Below are positions 1-11,424 of a stretch of 64,000 bases of DNA, piece after piece. The DNA is taken from assembly GCA_963921275.4 (NCBI GenBank), contig OZ001293.3:768001-832000 (forward strand), read 5' to 3'. A program made the translations under genes and the position numbers. The notes under the pieces are model-generated. The model had not been told where the DNA came from. It ran no database searches and saw only the letters and a list, made by a program, of their open reading frames with translations. The stretch is from an uncultured Hormoscilla sp. (GTDB lineage Bacteria; Cyanobacteriota; Cyanobacteriia; Cyanobacteriales; Desertifilaceae). Position 1 is the first letter of the stretch, and the number at the start of each line of letters is the position of its first letter.

Positions 1-382
1 TATCACGATGCCAAAGGCTGAATAACGCTCTTCTGGGCAGCTCATAATTATCACATGCTGAATAGCGCAAGCATGAGAGCACATAATTATCGCAGTCTGC
101 TGAATGAAGATTTCTTCGCAGTACTGTTCGATTGCTTTCTGGAATGAAGCGATTGTGGGAAAAAATGGACATCTCTAGCAGACGATTGTCGCCGGGTAAC
201 CAATCTTAGCCGTGTGACGACATCTCTGTCTTGCTATTGAATGTCTCGATTGCTAATTAATAATTGATAATTGATAATTAATAATTGGAAATTGTCCAAG
301 TTCACCCTGTTATCTTAGTCCCAGTCGTCCTTATCTATTTGCTTCTATGAGATGCACCCGATATAATCTGACCACTGACTCC

Positions 383-435
383 CAGGCGATCCGCCCGTCC
401 TACGCCCCCGGACAGGCGATCCGCCCGTCCTACGC
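383..435. repeat. Two direct copies of 23-bp CAGGCGATCCGCCCGTCCTACGC (HIP1 apparently interrupted by 12 nt)
   Basis: Copies at 383-405 and 413-435 seen directly. Confidence 0.8.
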
Positions 436-450
436 AACTAACCACCGATC

Positions 451-1740
451 ATGAGAATTTTATTTCTACATCCCAATTTTCCGGCCCAGTTTCGTCATCT
501 AGCTACCTCCTTTGGTAGCGACCCTAAAAATCAGGTAGTATTTGCCACCAAAAACGAACGCCCAGAATGGGTGATACCGGAAGTACAAAAGGTTGTCTAT
601 ACCCCCAGTCGGGAAGCGCGTCCAGAAACCCATCATTATGTCCGGACCCTAGAAAATGCCGTATTGCAAGGACAAGCAGTATTTCGCATCGCCGAAAAAC
701 TCAAATCAATGGGATTTTTCCCGGATATAGTTTACGGACATTCCGGTTGGGGGCCGACCCTGTTTATGAAAGACGCCTTTCCTAAGACAAAACTAATGTG
801 TTTCTTTGAATGGTTCTATCATTCCCGGGGTTCTGACGCCGACTTTGACCCAGCGGACCCCCTGACAGTAGACGATCTATGTCGCATCCGGTTAAAGAAT
901 GCCCCCATTTTGCAAGATTTGTACGCCTGCGACTGGGGACTGTCTCCCACCGAGTGGCAAAAATCGCAGTTTCCGCCAGAATTCCACGATCGGATTTCCG
1001 TAATTCATGATGGGGTAGATACAGATTACTTTCAGCCCGTACCCGATGCCAAACTGGTGTTACCAGAGTTAGATTTATCCGGAGTTGACGAGATTGTCAC
1101 CTACGTGTCCCGGGGGATGGAACCCTATAGAGGCTTTCCCCAGTTTATCGAATCCTTGGCTTATCTCCTGGAACGTAGAGCCAATTGTCATGTCGTAGCT
1201 GTCGGTTCTGAACGAGTATGTTATGGCAAATCCCTGCCCGATGGCAAGAGCTATAAAGCATACATGCAAGAAAAAGTCAAGCTAGATTGGTCGCGAGTGC
1301 ATTTTGTCGGTTCCTTACCCTATGGCCTTTACTTAAAAGTAATTCAAGCATCTTCTGCCCATATTTATTTAACTCGACCCTTTGTCTTATCCTGGTCCAT
1401 GATTGAGTCCATGTCAGTGGGATGTGCGATCGTGGCCTCGGACACACCACCGGTGCGGGAGGTAATCCGGGATGGGGAAAATGGCTTACTGGTAGACTTC
1501 TTTTCTCCCAAGCAGATAGCTGATAGAGTAGGTGAGGTGCTGGATCATCCCACCCGCATGGCCGACTTACGCGCTCGGGCCCGGGAGACAGTATTAGAGC
1601 GATATGCTCTGGCGAAGTTGTTACCGCGACATCTACAACTGGTACGGGATGTGGCCAATGGTCAGGTATCGCCATCGGTGAAGTACAAGCCACCAGCAAA
1701 AGGGAAGAAGAAGCAGAACAAGGGTTTTGCCCTGAAATAA
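451..1740 (+). CDS. Glycosyltransferase family 4 protein
   Basis: 429-aa ORF; LHPNFPAQF N-terminus, GHSGWG, RGMEPYRGF and PFVLSWSMIESMS motifs of a GT-B/GT4 subfamily. Confidence 0.9.
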   Translation: MRILFLHPNFPAQFRHLATSFGSDPKNQVVFATKNERPEWVIPEVQKVVYTPSREARPETHHYVRTLENAVLQGQAVFRIAEKLKSMGFFPDIVYGHSGWGPTLFMKDAFPKTKLMCFFEWFYHSRGSDADFDPADPLTVDDLCRIRLKNAPILQDLYACDWGLSPTEWQKSQFPPEFHDRISVIHDGVDTDYFQPVPDAKLVLPELDLSGVDEIVTYVSRGMEPYRGFPQFIESLAYLLERRANCHVVAVGSERVCYGKSLPDGKSYKAYMQEKVKLDWSRVHFVGSLPYGLYLKVIQASSAHIYLTRPFVLSWSMIESMSVGCAIVASDTPPVREVIRDGENGLLVDFFSPKQIADRVGEVLDHPTRMADLRARARETVLERYALAKLLPRHLQLVRDVANGQVSPSVKYKPPAKGKKKQNKGFALK

Positions 1741-2293
1741 CCACCATGCTAAGTGGTTGTGCAAAATTATTTTTATATTTGTGGCATGGCTTGATCTAAC
1801 CCGGAAATTAGAGCTGAAAGCCTTACCCCATAAGAATTTCATGGATTTAACTTGTCGGAAATTTACGGATTCAAAAAAATATCAATCCGGATGCAAGCCT
1901 ATGTACTTACCAGACGGATGGCCTTTTTTGGTAGCCCGATTCCGAAATCCCTGCACTCAAAGTTGTATACAGCACCTGATTTGGCTTTTTAATTCCGATC
2001 GGGAAATAGTAATTTTCGCTGTGATGATGATATGATAATCTATGTAAAAATCACGTCGGTCAGACCGATCGCAGCCGTTGGGTAGGTATCCCAACCGACC
2101 ACCTGTGTTACTTGACTCTTATGAGATAATATCCTCTGATAGATGTCAAGTGAGACAACAGCGCCAAAACTAGCTGTGTCCCCAGGGGACACAGCCCGGT
2201 CACGCTCCGGTGGCAGAGGTATATAACCTCGGTAGACAGAAAGATGTAATGCGTCGAGCGCAAGAAATTGTAGTAAAGGAGATGGAGTGAACA

Positions 2294-3952
2294 ATGGCAG
2301 AAGTGACTATACTCACATTGGGGGCAGATACTGCTACTTTGATTTCCAGAAGAGATGCCATGGGATTTGATTCCCTCAGAGGGAATGACGGCGACGATAC
2401 CCTAGGTTTTGAAGTTGGCGTCTCGGGATATATCTTTGGCGATGGAGGCAATGACTTTATCACTGGCGCTGTCCTCCCAGGAAACGCGGCCAACATATTT
2501 GGCGGTCAGGGTAACGATACCGTCATGAGTCTTGGTAGCCCCAGCAGGATCCAAGGTGATCGTGGCAATGACAGTCTTGTTGGTAGTGAATCGAACGACA
2601 GCATCCTGGGTGGTCAGGATAGTGACACTATAGAAGGTAATTTGGGCAATGACACCATCTACGGAGGAAACGGCAATGATTTCATAGTTGGGGACGACCC
2701 CTCCTTTGGCATTGGGTTTGGCGATCGGGACATCATCTTGGGAAATCAAGGTGAAGATACTATCTTTGGTAGTGATGGCAGTGACACAATCTATGGCGGT
2801 AAGGAGGACGATCAGATCGATATCTTCACTGAAGACCTGGATCACACCGGAGGCAGCGATGTCATCTTTGGTGACTTGGGGAACGACACGATCGGCCGAG
2901 AAGATAGCGACAATCCTAACAATCCCGAGACAGGAGTTCCTGGCAACGATACTCTGCTAGGGGGCGAAGGAGACGACAGCGTTGTCGGCGGTTACGGCGA
3001 AGACGACCTGTTTGGTGATGAAGGGAATGACACAGTTCGGGGCGGTTTGAGCGGTCGCGACTTCCTCAATGGTGGAGATGGTGACGACTCTCTATTAGGT
3101 GGCGATGAATCATTCCCAACAGACCCGAACTTCATCTTTGGCGATACGATCGAGGGTGGCGAAGGTAATGACACCATGTTGGGCGAAGGTGGAGATGACC
3201 TGCTTGATGGAGGCATTGGCGAAGACATTATTGTAGGCGGTGAGGGCAATGACAGTATTGAAGGTGGCGATGACAACGACTCTCTGTCTGGTGATGATGG
3301 CCGCGACACGGTCATGGGCGGGGATGGGAACGATTTCATTATAGAAGGCAATGGTGATGATCTAGTAGACGGAGGTAATGGCGCTGATGTTGTATTAGGC
3401 GGCAATGGCGATGACAGTATTGGAGGTGGCGATGACGGCGACTTCCTGTCGGGTAACGATGGTGGCGATAGCCTGATCGGTGGTTTGGGCGCGGATACCT
3501 TAAATGGGGGTGTTGGTAGTGACACTTTGAACGGTGGCGAGGTTGGAGCAGTTGCTGCTGATGCTGGGGATCTGTTTGTTTACAGTCTCGTGGACGTGAC
3601 AGAAGTAGATGTCGTGTCGGGGGGTCCTCAAGCTGTTACTCAACAGCAAGCTGACTTTGTCCAATTTTTTGATGTAAACAACGATATCCTTCGCGTCGAA
3701 GATCGCAGCTTTACGATCGCCGAACAAACGGTAATCTATGGTGATGTCTTCAGTGCGGCGAACGCTGATGGTATAGGTACCGCTGATTTAGGACAAATTG
3801 GCGCTGCTCAGGTTGGTAATAATACAGTTATTTACCTGGAGAACGGCGTTTTGGGCAGCGGCTATAACGATGGTGCTGACGTTGCTCTGGCGACATTACT
3901 GGGGGTACAGGCCAATACTGTCGCTCTTAATAACTTCGATCTAAGCAGTTAG
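2294..3952 (+). CDS. RTX/hemolysin-type Ca-binding repeat protein, probable T1SS substrate
   Basis: 552 aa, very acidic, many GGxGxD repeats, no N-terminal signal peptide, close to HlyB/HlyD. Confidence 0.9.
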   Translation: MAEVTILTLGADTATLISRRDAMGFDSLRGNDGDDTLGFEVGVSGYIFGDGGNDFITGAVLPGNAANIFGGQGNDTVMSLGSPSRIQGDRGNDSLVGSESNDSILGGQDSDTIEGNLGNDTIYGGNGNDFIVGDDPSFGIGFGDRDIILGNQGEDTIFGSDGSDTIYGGKEDDQIDIFTEDLDHTGGSDVIFGDLGNDTIGREDSDNPNNPETGVPGNDTLLGGEGDDSVVGGYGEDDLFGDEGNDTVRGGLSGRDFLNGGDGDDSLLGGDESFPTDPNFIFGDTIEGGEGNDTMLGEGGDDLLDGGIGEDIIVGGEGNDSIEGGDDNDSLSGDDGRDTVMGGDGNDFIIEGNGDDLVDGGNGADVVLGGNGDDSIGGGDDGDFLSGNDGGDSLIGGLGADTLNGGVGSDTLNGGEVGAVAADAGDLFVYSLVDVTEVDVVSGGPQAVTQQQADFVQFFDVNNDILRVEDRSFTIAEQTVIYGDVFSAANADGIGTADLGQIGAAQVGNNTVIYLENGVLGSGYNDGADVALATLLGVQANTVALNNFDLSS

Positions 3953-3965
3953 TAGATGGTAGGAT

Positions 3966-4024
3966 GCTGCGGGGAAATATTCCCGCAGCCCAGAAACCCG
4001 GTGGATGGGAAAAACCGGGTTTCT
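3966..4024. terminator. Two hairpins between convergent genes (probable bidirectional terminator)
   Basis: GCTGCGGG..CCCGCAGC and AGAAACCCGG..CCGGGTTTCT inverted repeats. Confidence 0.55.
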
Positions 4025-4055
4025 TAATTTACTTAGGTAGCCTCTATCATGAGGA

Positions 4056-4922
4056 CTAACTAGCTGGGAATCGGATTTGTCCGCCAATCAGACTCAAAAA
4101 CCTGTTCCCATAATGCTGAATTTCCAGGAACCCAGCATTAGATGGAGCGGGTTTATAAATTCTAAAGGTCTTCATTATGCCCAGGGTGGCAGCACTTTCC
4201 AGGGGTCCGACAAAACTGGTATCCCGGTCGAGAAAATAGGGTTGCTCTGCCCAATGTGCCATCTGGGCTGCATTCAAGAAATAGCAGCCTGAATGGGGGT
4301 TGAGGGCCCGGCGGAAAATAACTGGACTTCCCATCACCTGACCTTTGAGTTCTGGTTCTTCTTGGACATTCTGAAACGGTGCCGTGACTCTTGGTGCCAA
4401 GTCGCCATCAATGTAGGCTTTGCGGACGAGACCCTGGGGAGAAACTTCGTAGCGGTTGGGTTGCAGGAGATGGCGCGTGCCCGTCATTTTGGTAAACCAA
4501 GCTAGTTTAATAAAGAACCAGGGATCGGATATAATCAAGTCATCTTCTAGAAAGCAGTAATAATCATATTGTCCCAGAGAGTCTCGCAATACCTCCTGAC
4601 AGGAAAATCCCAATAGCATTGGTTCCGCATGAGTGGAGTGATGTTTGTAGAAATGCGCGGGCAAAGGTAACCGCTCTAATAAATGATAACTCCCCGTCGT
4701 ACAGATAACAATATCAATATCATGGGATTGCAGCTGATTTGCTGGCACCGCCACCCGCTGACCAATATCGATCGTACATTGAGATTTGCTAAATACCTGA
4801 TGCAGACTGGCGATCGCCACTGCCAATGCCTGGATGCGGGGTCGGGGATCTTGACGCTGGGAAGCATGCTTTCCCTGTCCCATGGGATTGAAAAAATGGG
4901 CGATCGTGAACAGAATTCGCAT
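4056..4922 (-). CDS. Conserved hypothetical protein, glycosyltransferase-like (FLEDD motif)
   Basis: 288-aa ORF with DYYCFLEDDL motif inside the RTX/T1SS locus. Confidence 0.7.
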   Translation of the reverse strand: MRILFTIAHFFNPMGQGKHASQRQDPRPRIQALAVAIASLHQVFSKSQCTIDIGQRVAVPANQLQSHDIDIVICTTGSYHLLERLPLPAHFYKHHSTHAEPMLLGFSCQEVLRDSLGQYDYYCFLEDDLIISDPWFFIKLAWFTKMTGTRHLLQPNRYEVSPQGLVRKAYIDGDLAPRVTAPFQNVQEEPELKGQVMGSPVIFRRALNPHSGCYFLNAAQMAHWAEQPYFLDRDTSFVGPLESAATLGIMKTFRIYKPAPSNAGFLEIQHYGNRFLSLIGGQIRFPAS

Positions 4923-5623
4923 AGATTGTTAATTGTTAATTGCTAATTGTTGATTTGATGGTCAAGATCTGTCACGCATGTGCCGGCACCATATATTCCT
5001 GGCCCTGGCTTTCGGAATTGTCGGACTTGCTACAGCAGCAGAATTTTTGATATACTGACTGTCGGGACCATCTTTACCGGCAGGTGGTGGCTGACTACCG
5101 TGGTTAATGATTCCGGCTAATGCTGTGGTATATTTTACCAGAGATATGGCCAACGATAGCCTCTGTGTCCCCGATTGTGAACCCAGAGAGGCCAAGTTGC
5201 TCAACCTAACCCAAAAAATCGGAGGTTGGCTTTGTCGGAATTCGGGCTGCGGTACCTGGAGCTAGCTCCAGGTACCGCCCAGATGTTGTAGAATATCAGA
5301 GACCGGACTATGAGTTCGTCTGTCAAGGAGACAGAGGACTGCCAGAGAGCGCTGTAAGGCTGGGTAACCTGAAGAAATTTTATAGATGACCGCTGACCAG
5401 GACCGTAAGCGCGAGAGATCGCCAATCCCCACACCAGTGACAGCTTTTGCTCAATGTTACAGTGGAAATTAATTTGAGGCCATAGGCTGAGGCCCCATGA
5501 AGTCACAGCTAGTGACTGGTGATACCATTGGGAAAAAGTAGGCGAGTCGCTCGGGGAAATAAGGCGAGTTCGACAAGATAAAATAGAAAATCCAAAATGA
5601 TTTGGCTGCAAGCGCTGGAAAAA

Positions 5624-6418
5624 ATGGTGGAAATTCTGGAAATTGGCAATAAGGTAGTAAAAAGTGATGAAATCATATCCCTATTAACTCGTTATCAGTT
5701 AATGCCGCAAGTGGTGCGGGGTCTGCTGATCGACCAGGCGATCGCGGAGGTGACCTGTACTGAACAAGAAAGGTCTCAGGCGATCGCCGCAGTGGAAGCT
5801 CATCTGAAAATAACTGACCCCCAGGCAAAAGCGGCTTGGCTAGAAAGTCAAGGTCTGACATCTTCAGAACTGGAGGCGATCGCGGTGCGGTCTCTGCTGC
5901 TAGACAAATTTAAGCAAGCGAACTGGGGCAAAAAAGTGGAATCATATTTCCTGACCCGCAAAACGAACCTGGATCAGGTAGTATATTCTCTGATCAGGAC
6001 GAAGGATGTGGGTCTGGCCCAAGAAATATTCTTCCGGATCCAAGAAGAAGAACAGTCCTTTGCGGAATTGGCACGAGAACATTCTCAGGGACCGGAAGCC
6101 CATACGAGGGGTCTATTAGGTCCGGTGCCCATATCTCAGCCCCATCCGACATTGGGAAAAATCTTGTCGGTCTCTCAACCAGGTCAACTATGGCCGCCTC
6201 GGAACTTGGGGGAATGGTTTGTGATTGTCAGGTTAGAAAAAACGATCCCAGCTCAACTAGATGACGGCATGCGTCGTCAATTGATGGATGAATTGTTTGA
6301 AAACTGGCTCCGGGAAGAGATCCAAAAGAAAGGCAAGATCGAGAGAAAGGACCAAAAGCCCCAGGCTCAAAGCGATGCTCACGCCCCAATTTACTTGACT
6401 CCTGGTATCGTCGGCTAG
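5624..6418 (+). CDS. Parvulin/PrsA-like peptidylprolyl isomerase associated with T1SS
   Basis: SFAELAREHSQGPE..GLLGP rotamase motif; directly upstream of HlyB. Confidence 0.85.
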   Translation: MVEILEIGNKVVKSDEIISLLTRYQLMPQVVRGLLIDQAIAEVTCTEQERSQAIAAVEAHLKITDPQAKAAWLESQGLTSSELEAIAVRSLLLDKFKQANWGKKVESYFLTRKTNLDQVVYSLIRTKDVGLAQEIFFRIQEEEQSFAELAREHSQGPEAHTRGLLGPVPISQPHPTLGKILSVSQPGQLWPPRNLGEWFVIVRLEKTIPAQLDDGMRRQLMDELFENWLREEIQKKGKIERKDQKPQAQSDAHAPIYLTPGIVG

Positions 6419-6637
6419 TCGAGGAGCAGTTGTATTAGAGGTAGCTAGTGGATAAGCTGAAAAAAAAGTAATAAAAAGGAAATAGAGGGAGAGGGAAATT
6501 GTCGGGTAAAAGAAGATAGATAAAAAAGTGGAAATAATGGCGGGCAGATGCCGGAAAAAGTAGAAGGTAAAAATCTCAAAGCCATTAGTGAGGAGACAGA
6601 AAAACCAGCAGAAAAAACCAGAAGATAGTCAGGAAAA

Positions 6638-9600
6638 ATGACCCAAGCCGTATCCCAGTCACAAATAGAAGGGTTTATCAGAGAAGTTTCTCCCTTCTCA
6701 AAAATCAGCCTCAGTGCCTTGCAACAGGTGATGGGGAAGTTTAAATTGTTGCGCTACAGGATTGGACAACCAATTTTGGTGCGGGAAAAACTACCAGCTT
6801 TTGTGTCGATCGTCTATCAGGGACAGGTGCGCCAGCTGGGATACGACCAGCGGATGCAAATGCCTGCGAGCTTGAAATTGGCAGGACCGGGTGAAATCAT
6901 GGGTTGGGCAGGATTGGTGCGGGACATCGGGTGCGAAACGGCGATCGCATCGACGGAGGTAGTTTGCATTACAATCTCATCAGAGGACTTTTTAGACATG
7001 ATGAGACGCTCACCAGCTTTTGCCGAAGCATTGCAGCAAAGCTGCTCTCTGAGTGAGCTGTTTGAATTGTTGAGCCTGGAGTTGCAGCGCCGGGCCGATG
7101 GCACAGTAAATCTAAAAGAGTTATCGTCTCAGGTGTGGGAGAACAATCCCACAGTGGTGAATTTAGGGCCACCGAAGGTGCAAACAAAAGACCTGCTCTC
7201 GACCCTAGACCCAGAAAGAATTTGGCTCGTCAGTAGTGGCAGCATAGGGAATTTTACCACGGGCAGCAGATTGCCCCTGGAAACCCTGTCTCCAGAAAAC
7301 ATTGAGACCCTGGCGATCGCAGGTTATAGTCGGAGCAAAGGATCGAGATTGTTGGGGTTGCGTCTGCCAGCAGAACTGCCCCGGACGGGCAGTCCTCCGG
7401 TGGCGGCGGAAACTCCGACCCAGACAAATGGCACTCTGGTCTTGGCTCAAAAAGCAAGCGCTATTAGCACTACCCAGGAGGCAGGAACAGCAGAAATTAG
7501 CTCCTTGGAGGAGATTCCCTATGGGCCCGATCGCCCTCCAGAACTGGAACAAGACCCCCTAGCGCCAGCACCGAAATTTCCCTTCGTGAGGGGAAGCGGA
7601 CCGATAAATGCCCCCCTAGCTTGCTTCCACATGTTGAGTAAGCACACCGGAGCCAAGTTTCGCCGGGACATCCTGGAGAAAATTTTAAAGGACCAGCTCA
7701 ACAGAACTGGACAAATATCCATGCAAGCCTGCGGGGCGATCGCGGAAATGATGGGTATGCGAGCGCAACTAGTAGAAGTGCCTGCCAGTTCAGTTAACCG
7801 CTTGAAAGCACCAGCACTGATTCAGTGGCAAGACAGCTTTGCCATTCTTTACCAGATTACGGAAAAAAATATGGTAATAGCGGTGCCGCAAAGGGGGCTG
7901 ATTAAAAAGCGTGCTGGTGATTTTGCCGAAATATGGGGGGATAAAGGTCAGGTACTGCTGATCCAACCTCCTCCTGGCGAACAAAGAGAAAAGTTCGGTT
8001 TCCGCTGGTTTATCCCCGCTGTCCAAAAATATCGCGGCATCCTCACCCAAGTCTTCATCGCCTCTTTCTTCGTGCAGCTGTTTAGCCTTGCTAATCCCCT
8101 GATTACCCAGGTGATTATTGATAAGGTTTTAGTACAGCGGTCTCCCGATACCCTGGACGTGCTGGGGGCATTGTTACTAGGGGTGGCCATATTTGAAGGG
8201 CTGCTGACCTGGTTGCGAACTTACCTGTTTGTAGACACGACTAACCGCATTGACCTGGGTCTGGGTGCGGAAGTTATCTCTCACTTGCTACGCTTGCCTC
8301 TAAATTACTTCGATCGCCGTCGGGTTGGGGAACTGGCGGGTCGGATTAACGAATTGGAAAATATCCGCAAGTTTCTCACAGGTACGGCACTGACGGTGGT
8401 CCTGGATGCGGTCTTTTCTGTAGTTTACATCGCGGTGATGTTTTACTATAGCTGGCTGCTGAGTATCTGGGCTCTGGCAGTAGTACCCATGTTAGGCTTG
8501 TTAACCCTGTTAGTATCACCCATAGTACGGCGCCAGTTACGCCATAAGGCAGAGCGATATGCTGACGTGCAGAGCTACCTGGTGGAAGTGCTAGGGGGGA
8601 TCCAGACGGTTAAAGCCCAGAATATAGAACTGAAATCCCGCTGGCAATGGCAAGAGCGCTACGCTAAATATATCAGTGCGGGTTTTAAGTCGGTGCTGAC
8701 TTTCAGCACGGCAGGTGCCTTGAGCGGTTTCTTGAACAAGGTGTCGGGACTGGCAATCCTCTGGGTGGGTGCGGGTCTGGTGCTATCGACAGCCTCATCG
8801 GATAATCCCTTTACCCTAGGTAAGCTGATTGCCTTCCGGATTATTGCTGGCTATGTTACTAGCCCCCTGCTGCGCTTGATTCAACTCTGGCAGAACTTCC
8901 AGGAAACGGCTCTGTCGATAGAACGACTTAGCGATATCTTAGATGCAGCCCCAGAAGCAGATGAGATTAATCGCCAGAATATCCCCATGCCAGATGTTCA
9001 AGGTGGGGTGACCTATGAAGAGGTCTCTTTCCGGTTTAACACTAGCGGTCCTCTGCAACTGACTAATGTGAATTTGGATTTTCCCGTTGGCAGCTTTGTG
9101 GGCATAGTCGGTCAGAGTGGGTCTGGTAAGAGTACGCTGATGAAGCTGTTGCAGCGCCTCTACGAACCTACTTCGGGTCGGATTAAAATCGATGGCTATG
9201 ATATTAGCAAGGTGGAACTTTACTCTCTGCGCCGTCAGATAGGGGTGGTACTGCAAGATACTTTGCTATTTAATGGCACGGTGCAGGATAATATTTCCCT
9301 GACTAAACCCGAAGCTACTACTGATGAAATAATTGAGACGGCAAAAATAGCAGTGGCTCACGATTTCATTATGGAACTTCCCCAGGGTTACAATACGGTG
9401 GTGGGAGAACGGGGCTCATCTCTGTCAGGGGGACAGCGACAACGGATCGCGATCGCGCGCACGGTCTTGCAGAAACCGAAGCTGCTGATTTTGGATGAAG
9501 CAACTGGCGCTCTGGATTACGATTCCGAGCGACAAGTATGCAATAACTTGGCATCAGCATTTACAGGGGAAACGGTGTTTTTTATCACTCACCGCCTGTC

Positions 9601-9733
9601 TACAGTAAAAAATGCCGATATAATCATCATGATGGATAAGGGTTCTCTCGCAGAAATGGGTACTCATGATGAACTGATGGCGTCTAAAGGGCGTTACTAT
9701 TGCCTCTTTCAACAACAAGAGTCGCAACTGTAA
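6638..9733 (+). CDS. Type I secretion ABC transporter (HlyB family) with cNMP-binding and C39-like domains
   Basis: 1031 aa; GQSGSGKST Walker A, LSGGQRQR signature, LILDEAT Walker B, transmembrane region. Confidence 0.95.
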   Translation: MTQAVSQSQIEGFIREVSPFSKISLSALQQVMGKFKLLRYRIGQPILVREKLPAFVSIVYQGQVRQLGYDQRMQMPASLKLAGPGEIMGWAGLVRDIGCETAIASTEVVCITISSEDFLDMMRRSPAFAEALQQSCSLSELFELLSLELQRRADGTVNLKELSSQVWENNPTVVNLGPPKVQTKDLLSTLDPERIWLVSSGSIGNFTTGSRLPLETLSPENIETLAIAGYSRSKGSRLLGLRLPAELPRTGSPPVAAETPTQTNGTLVLAQKASAISTTQEAGTAEISSLEEIPYGPDRPPELEQDPLAPAPKFPFVRGSGPINAPLACFHMLSKHTGAKFRRDILEKILKDQLNRTGQISMQACGAIAEMMGMRAQLVEVPASSVNRLKAPALIQWQDSFAILYQITEKNMVIAVPQRGLIKKRAGDFAEIWGDKGQVLLIQPPPGEQREKFGFRWFIPAVQKYRGILTQVFIASFFVQLFSLANPLITQVIIDKVLVQRSPDTLDVLGALLLGVAIFEGLLTWLRTYLFVDTTNRIDLGLGAEVISHLLRLPLNYFDRRRVGELAGRINELENIRKFLTGTALTVVLDAVFSVVYIAVMFYYSWLLSIWALAVVPMLGLLTLLVSPIVRRQLRHKAERYADVQSYLVEVLGGIQTVKAQNIELKSRWQWQERYAKYISAGFKSVLTFSTAGALSGFLNKVSGLAILWVGAGLVLSTASSDNPFTLGKLIAFRIIAGYVTSPLLRLIQLWQNFQETALSIERLSDILDAAPEADEINRQNIPMPDVQGGVTYEEVSFRFNTSGPLQLTNVNLDFPVGSFVGIVGQSGSGKSTLMKLLQRLYEPTSGRIKIDGYDISKVELYSLRRQIGVVLQDTLLFNGTVQDNISLTKPEATTDEIIETAKIAVAHDFIMELPQGYNTVVGERGSSLSGGQRQRIAIARTVLQKPKLLILDEATGALDYDSERQVCNNLASAFTGETVFFITHRLSTVKNADIIIMMDKGSLAEMGTHDELMASKGRYYCLFQQQESQL

Positions 9734-9822
9734 AGTGGAAATATCAAAGAGAAAATGGAGCAATTGTTAATGGTTATTGACCGTTAGCAATTCACCATTT
9801 CCCACGAACAACTGAGGGACAA

Positions 9823-11343
9823 ATGAAAGCAGAGAACATAGAAGTAAAAAAAAGAGATAAGGAAATCTTTGTCGAACAACCGGTAATCCTAGAACGGCAA
9901 ATTATCTGGTCGCAAGTTTTGGTATGGCTGCTGCTGGGGGTGACGAGCTTTGCTATAGTCTGGGCAGCAGTAGCAAAAATTGATGAAGCTGTGCCAGCTA
10001 TAGGGAAATTGGAACCGGAAGGTTCTGTAAATGAAGTGAAGGCCCCAACGACAGGTGTAGTGGAGGCAGTTTATGTAGAAGATGGAGAATATGTCAAAGA
10101 AGGGGACCTATTAGTTACCTTTGAAGAAGACGCCCCAGAAGCAGATATAGAGTCCCTAACCAAGTTGCGGGAGACTTTGCTAGAGGAAAGCAAGTTTTAC
10201 AAGGATCAGGTGCATGGGGGGACTCAGGGCGGTCCTTCAGAATTGGTAGCGCTGGTGCGGCTGAAAAATGCGTTGCAAGATGAAAATGTATTTCTGACAG
10301 CGGAGATTGGCGGGTACGACCCGGAAGCGGAAATCAGCGGGGAGTTCAATGCCAACCAAAGACGGTTACTGAGAGCTAGTCGGGATGAATATCGCAGTAG
10401 AGTGGAAGCTGCGAGATTGCAGGTTAGAGAGCTAGAAAAACAACTTTCCCAGACAGAAGACCGCTTAGCAGCAACCAAGGAAAGGTTGAAAAAATCTCAA
10501 CAGACTCTCGCCCTCAATCAAGCAACTCTGAAAAGACTAGAACCGCTGGTGGAGGAAGGCGCGGTGGCGCAGTTGCAATACGACCAACAAAAACAAGCGG
10601 TGTTGGTTCGGGAAGATGAGGTGTTGTCCCGTGAAGGGGAGATTCAGCAGCTAATTATGGAAATTCAGCGCCTGAAAGTGGCAATTTCTCAGGCGAAAGA
10701 ACAGATGCAAAATACGAGGGATATCTCGGCGAAAGATGTTCTAACTCGTATTGCCGAAAACCAGAAACGAATTGCCGAAATTGATACCCAATTGAGTCGG
10801 GCAAAGCTGGAAAATCAGAAGCGATTGACGGAAATAGAAGGGGAGCTAGTTAAGGCCAGACAAGCTCTGCGATACAGAGAAGTGCGATCGCCTAAAGATG
10901 GCGTGGTATTCGATCTGCAAGTTGGTCCTCAATCTGTAGCCCAGGCGACAGATATAATCGTGAAGATCGTGCCGAATGACGAATTGTTGGCAAAGGTATA
11001 TCTCCAGAATAAAGATGTCGGGTTTGTGAAGGAAGGGATGGAGGTAGAAGTAGACGTGTCGTCCTTTCCGCCCTCGGAATTTGGCACTATTCCTGGGAAA
11101 TTGATCTGGGTGGGTTCGGATGCGTTAGAACCAACGCAAATTCGCCCCTACTATGCGTTTCCGGCGAAGATAGAGCTGTCAAGACAGCACTTTAATGTGG
11201 GAGAACCTCCTCATCAAAAGCAGCTGCGACTGCAATCGGGAATGGAGGTGAATACGAGGATTAAGGTGCGCAAACGCACGGTGATGAATCTCTTGTTCGA
11301 TAAGTTTGACACTAAGGTCCGCAGTCTGGAAACGGTTCGTTAG
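9823..11343 (+). CDS. HlyD-family membrane fusion protein
   Basis: N-terminal TM helix, coiled coil, lipoyl-like halves, LQSGME C-terminal motif. Confidence 0.92.
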   Translation: MKAENIEVKKRDKEIFVEQPVILERQIIWSQVLVWLLLGVTSFAIVWAAVAKIDEAVPAIGKLEPEGSVNEVKAPTTGVVEAVYVEDGEYVKEGDLLVTFEEDAPEADIESLTKLRETLLEESKFYKDQVHGGTQGGPSELVALVRLKNALQDENVFLTAEIGGYDPEAEISGEFNANQRRLLRASRDEYRSRVEAARLQVRELEKQLSQTEDRLAATKERLKKSQQTLALNQATLKRLEPLVEEGAVAQLQYDQQKQAVLVREDEVLSREGEIQQLIMEIQRLKVAISQAKEQMQNTRDISAKDVLTRIAENQKRIAEIDTQLSRAKLENQKRLTEIEGELVKARQALRYREVRSPKDGVVFDLQVGPQSVAQATDIIVKIVPNDELLAKVYLQNKDVGFVKEGMEVEVDVSSFPPSEFGTIPGKLIWVGSDALEPTQIRPYYAFPAKIELSRQHFNVGEPPHQKQLRLQSGMEVNTRIKVRKRTVMNLLFDKFDTKVRSLETVR

Positions 11344-11424
11344 GGAATGGAGAATTGAGAATTGAAAATTGGGAATTGGAAATGATTAGACTCGGCGCGG
11401 GCTACGATCTTGTCAGCCGAAATG

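Noticed and set aside
2402..3727. Minus-strand Ser/Pro-rich ORFs
   Set aside because: They are antisense shadows of the Gly/Asp-rich RTX gene.
4962..5611. Short minus-strand ORFs upstream of the PPIase
   Set aside because: No recognisable motifs; probably a divergent promoter region.
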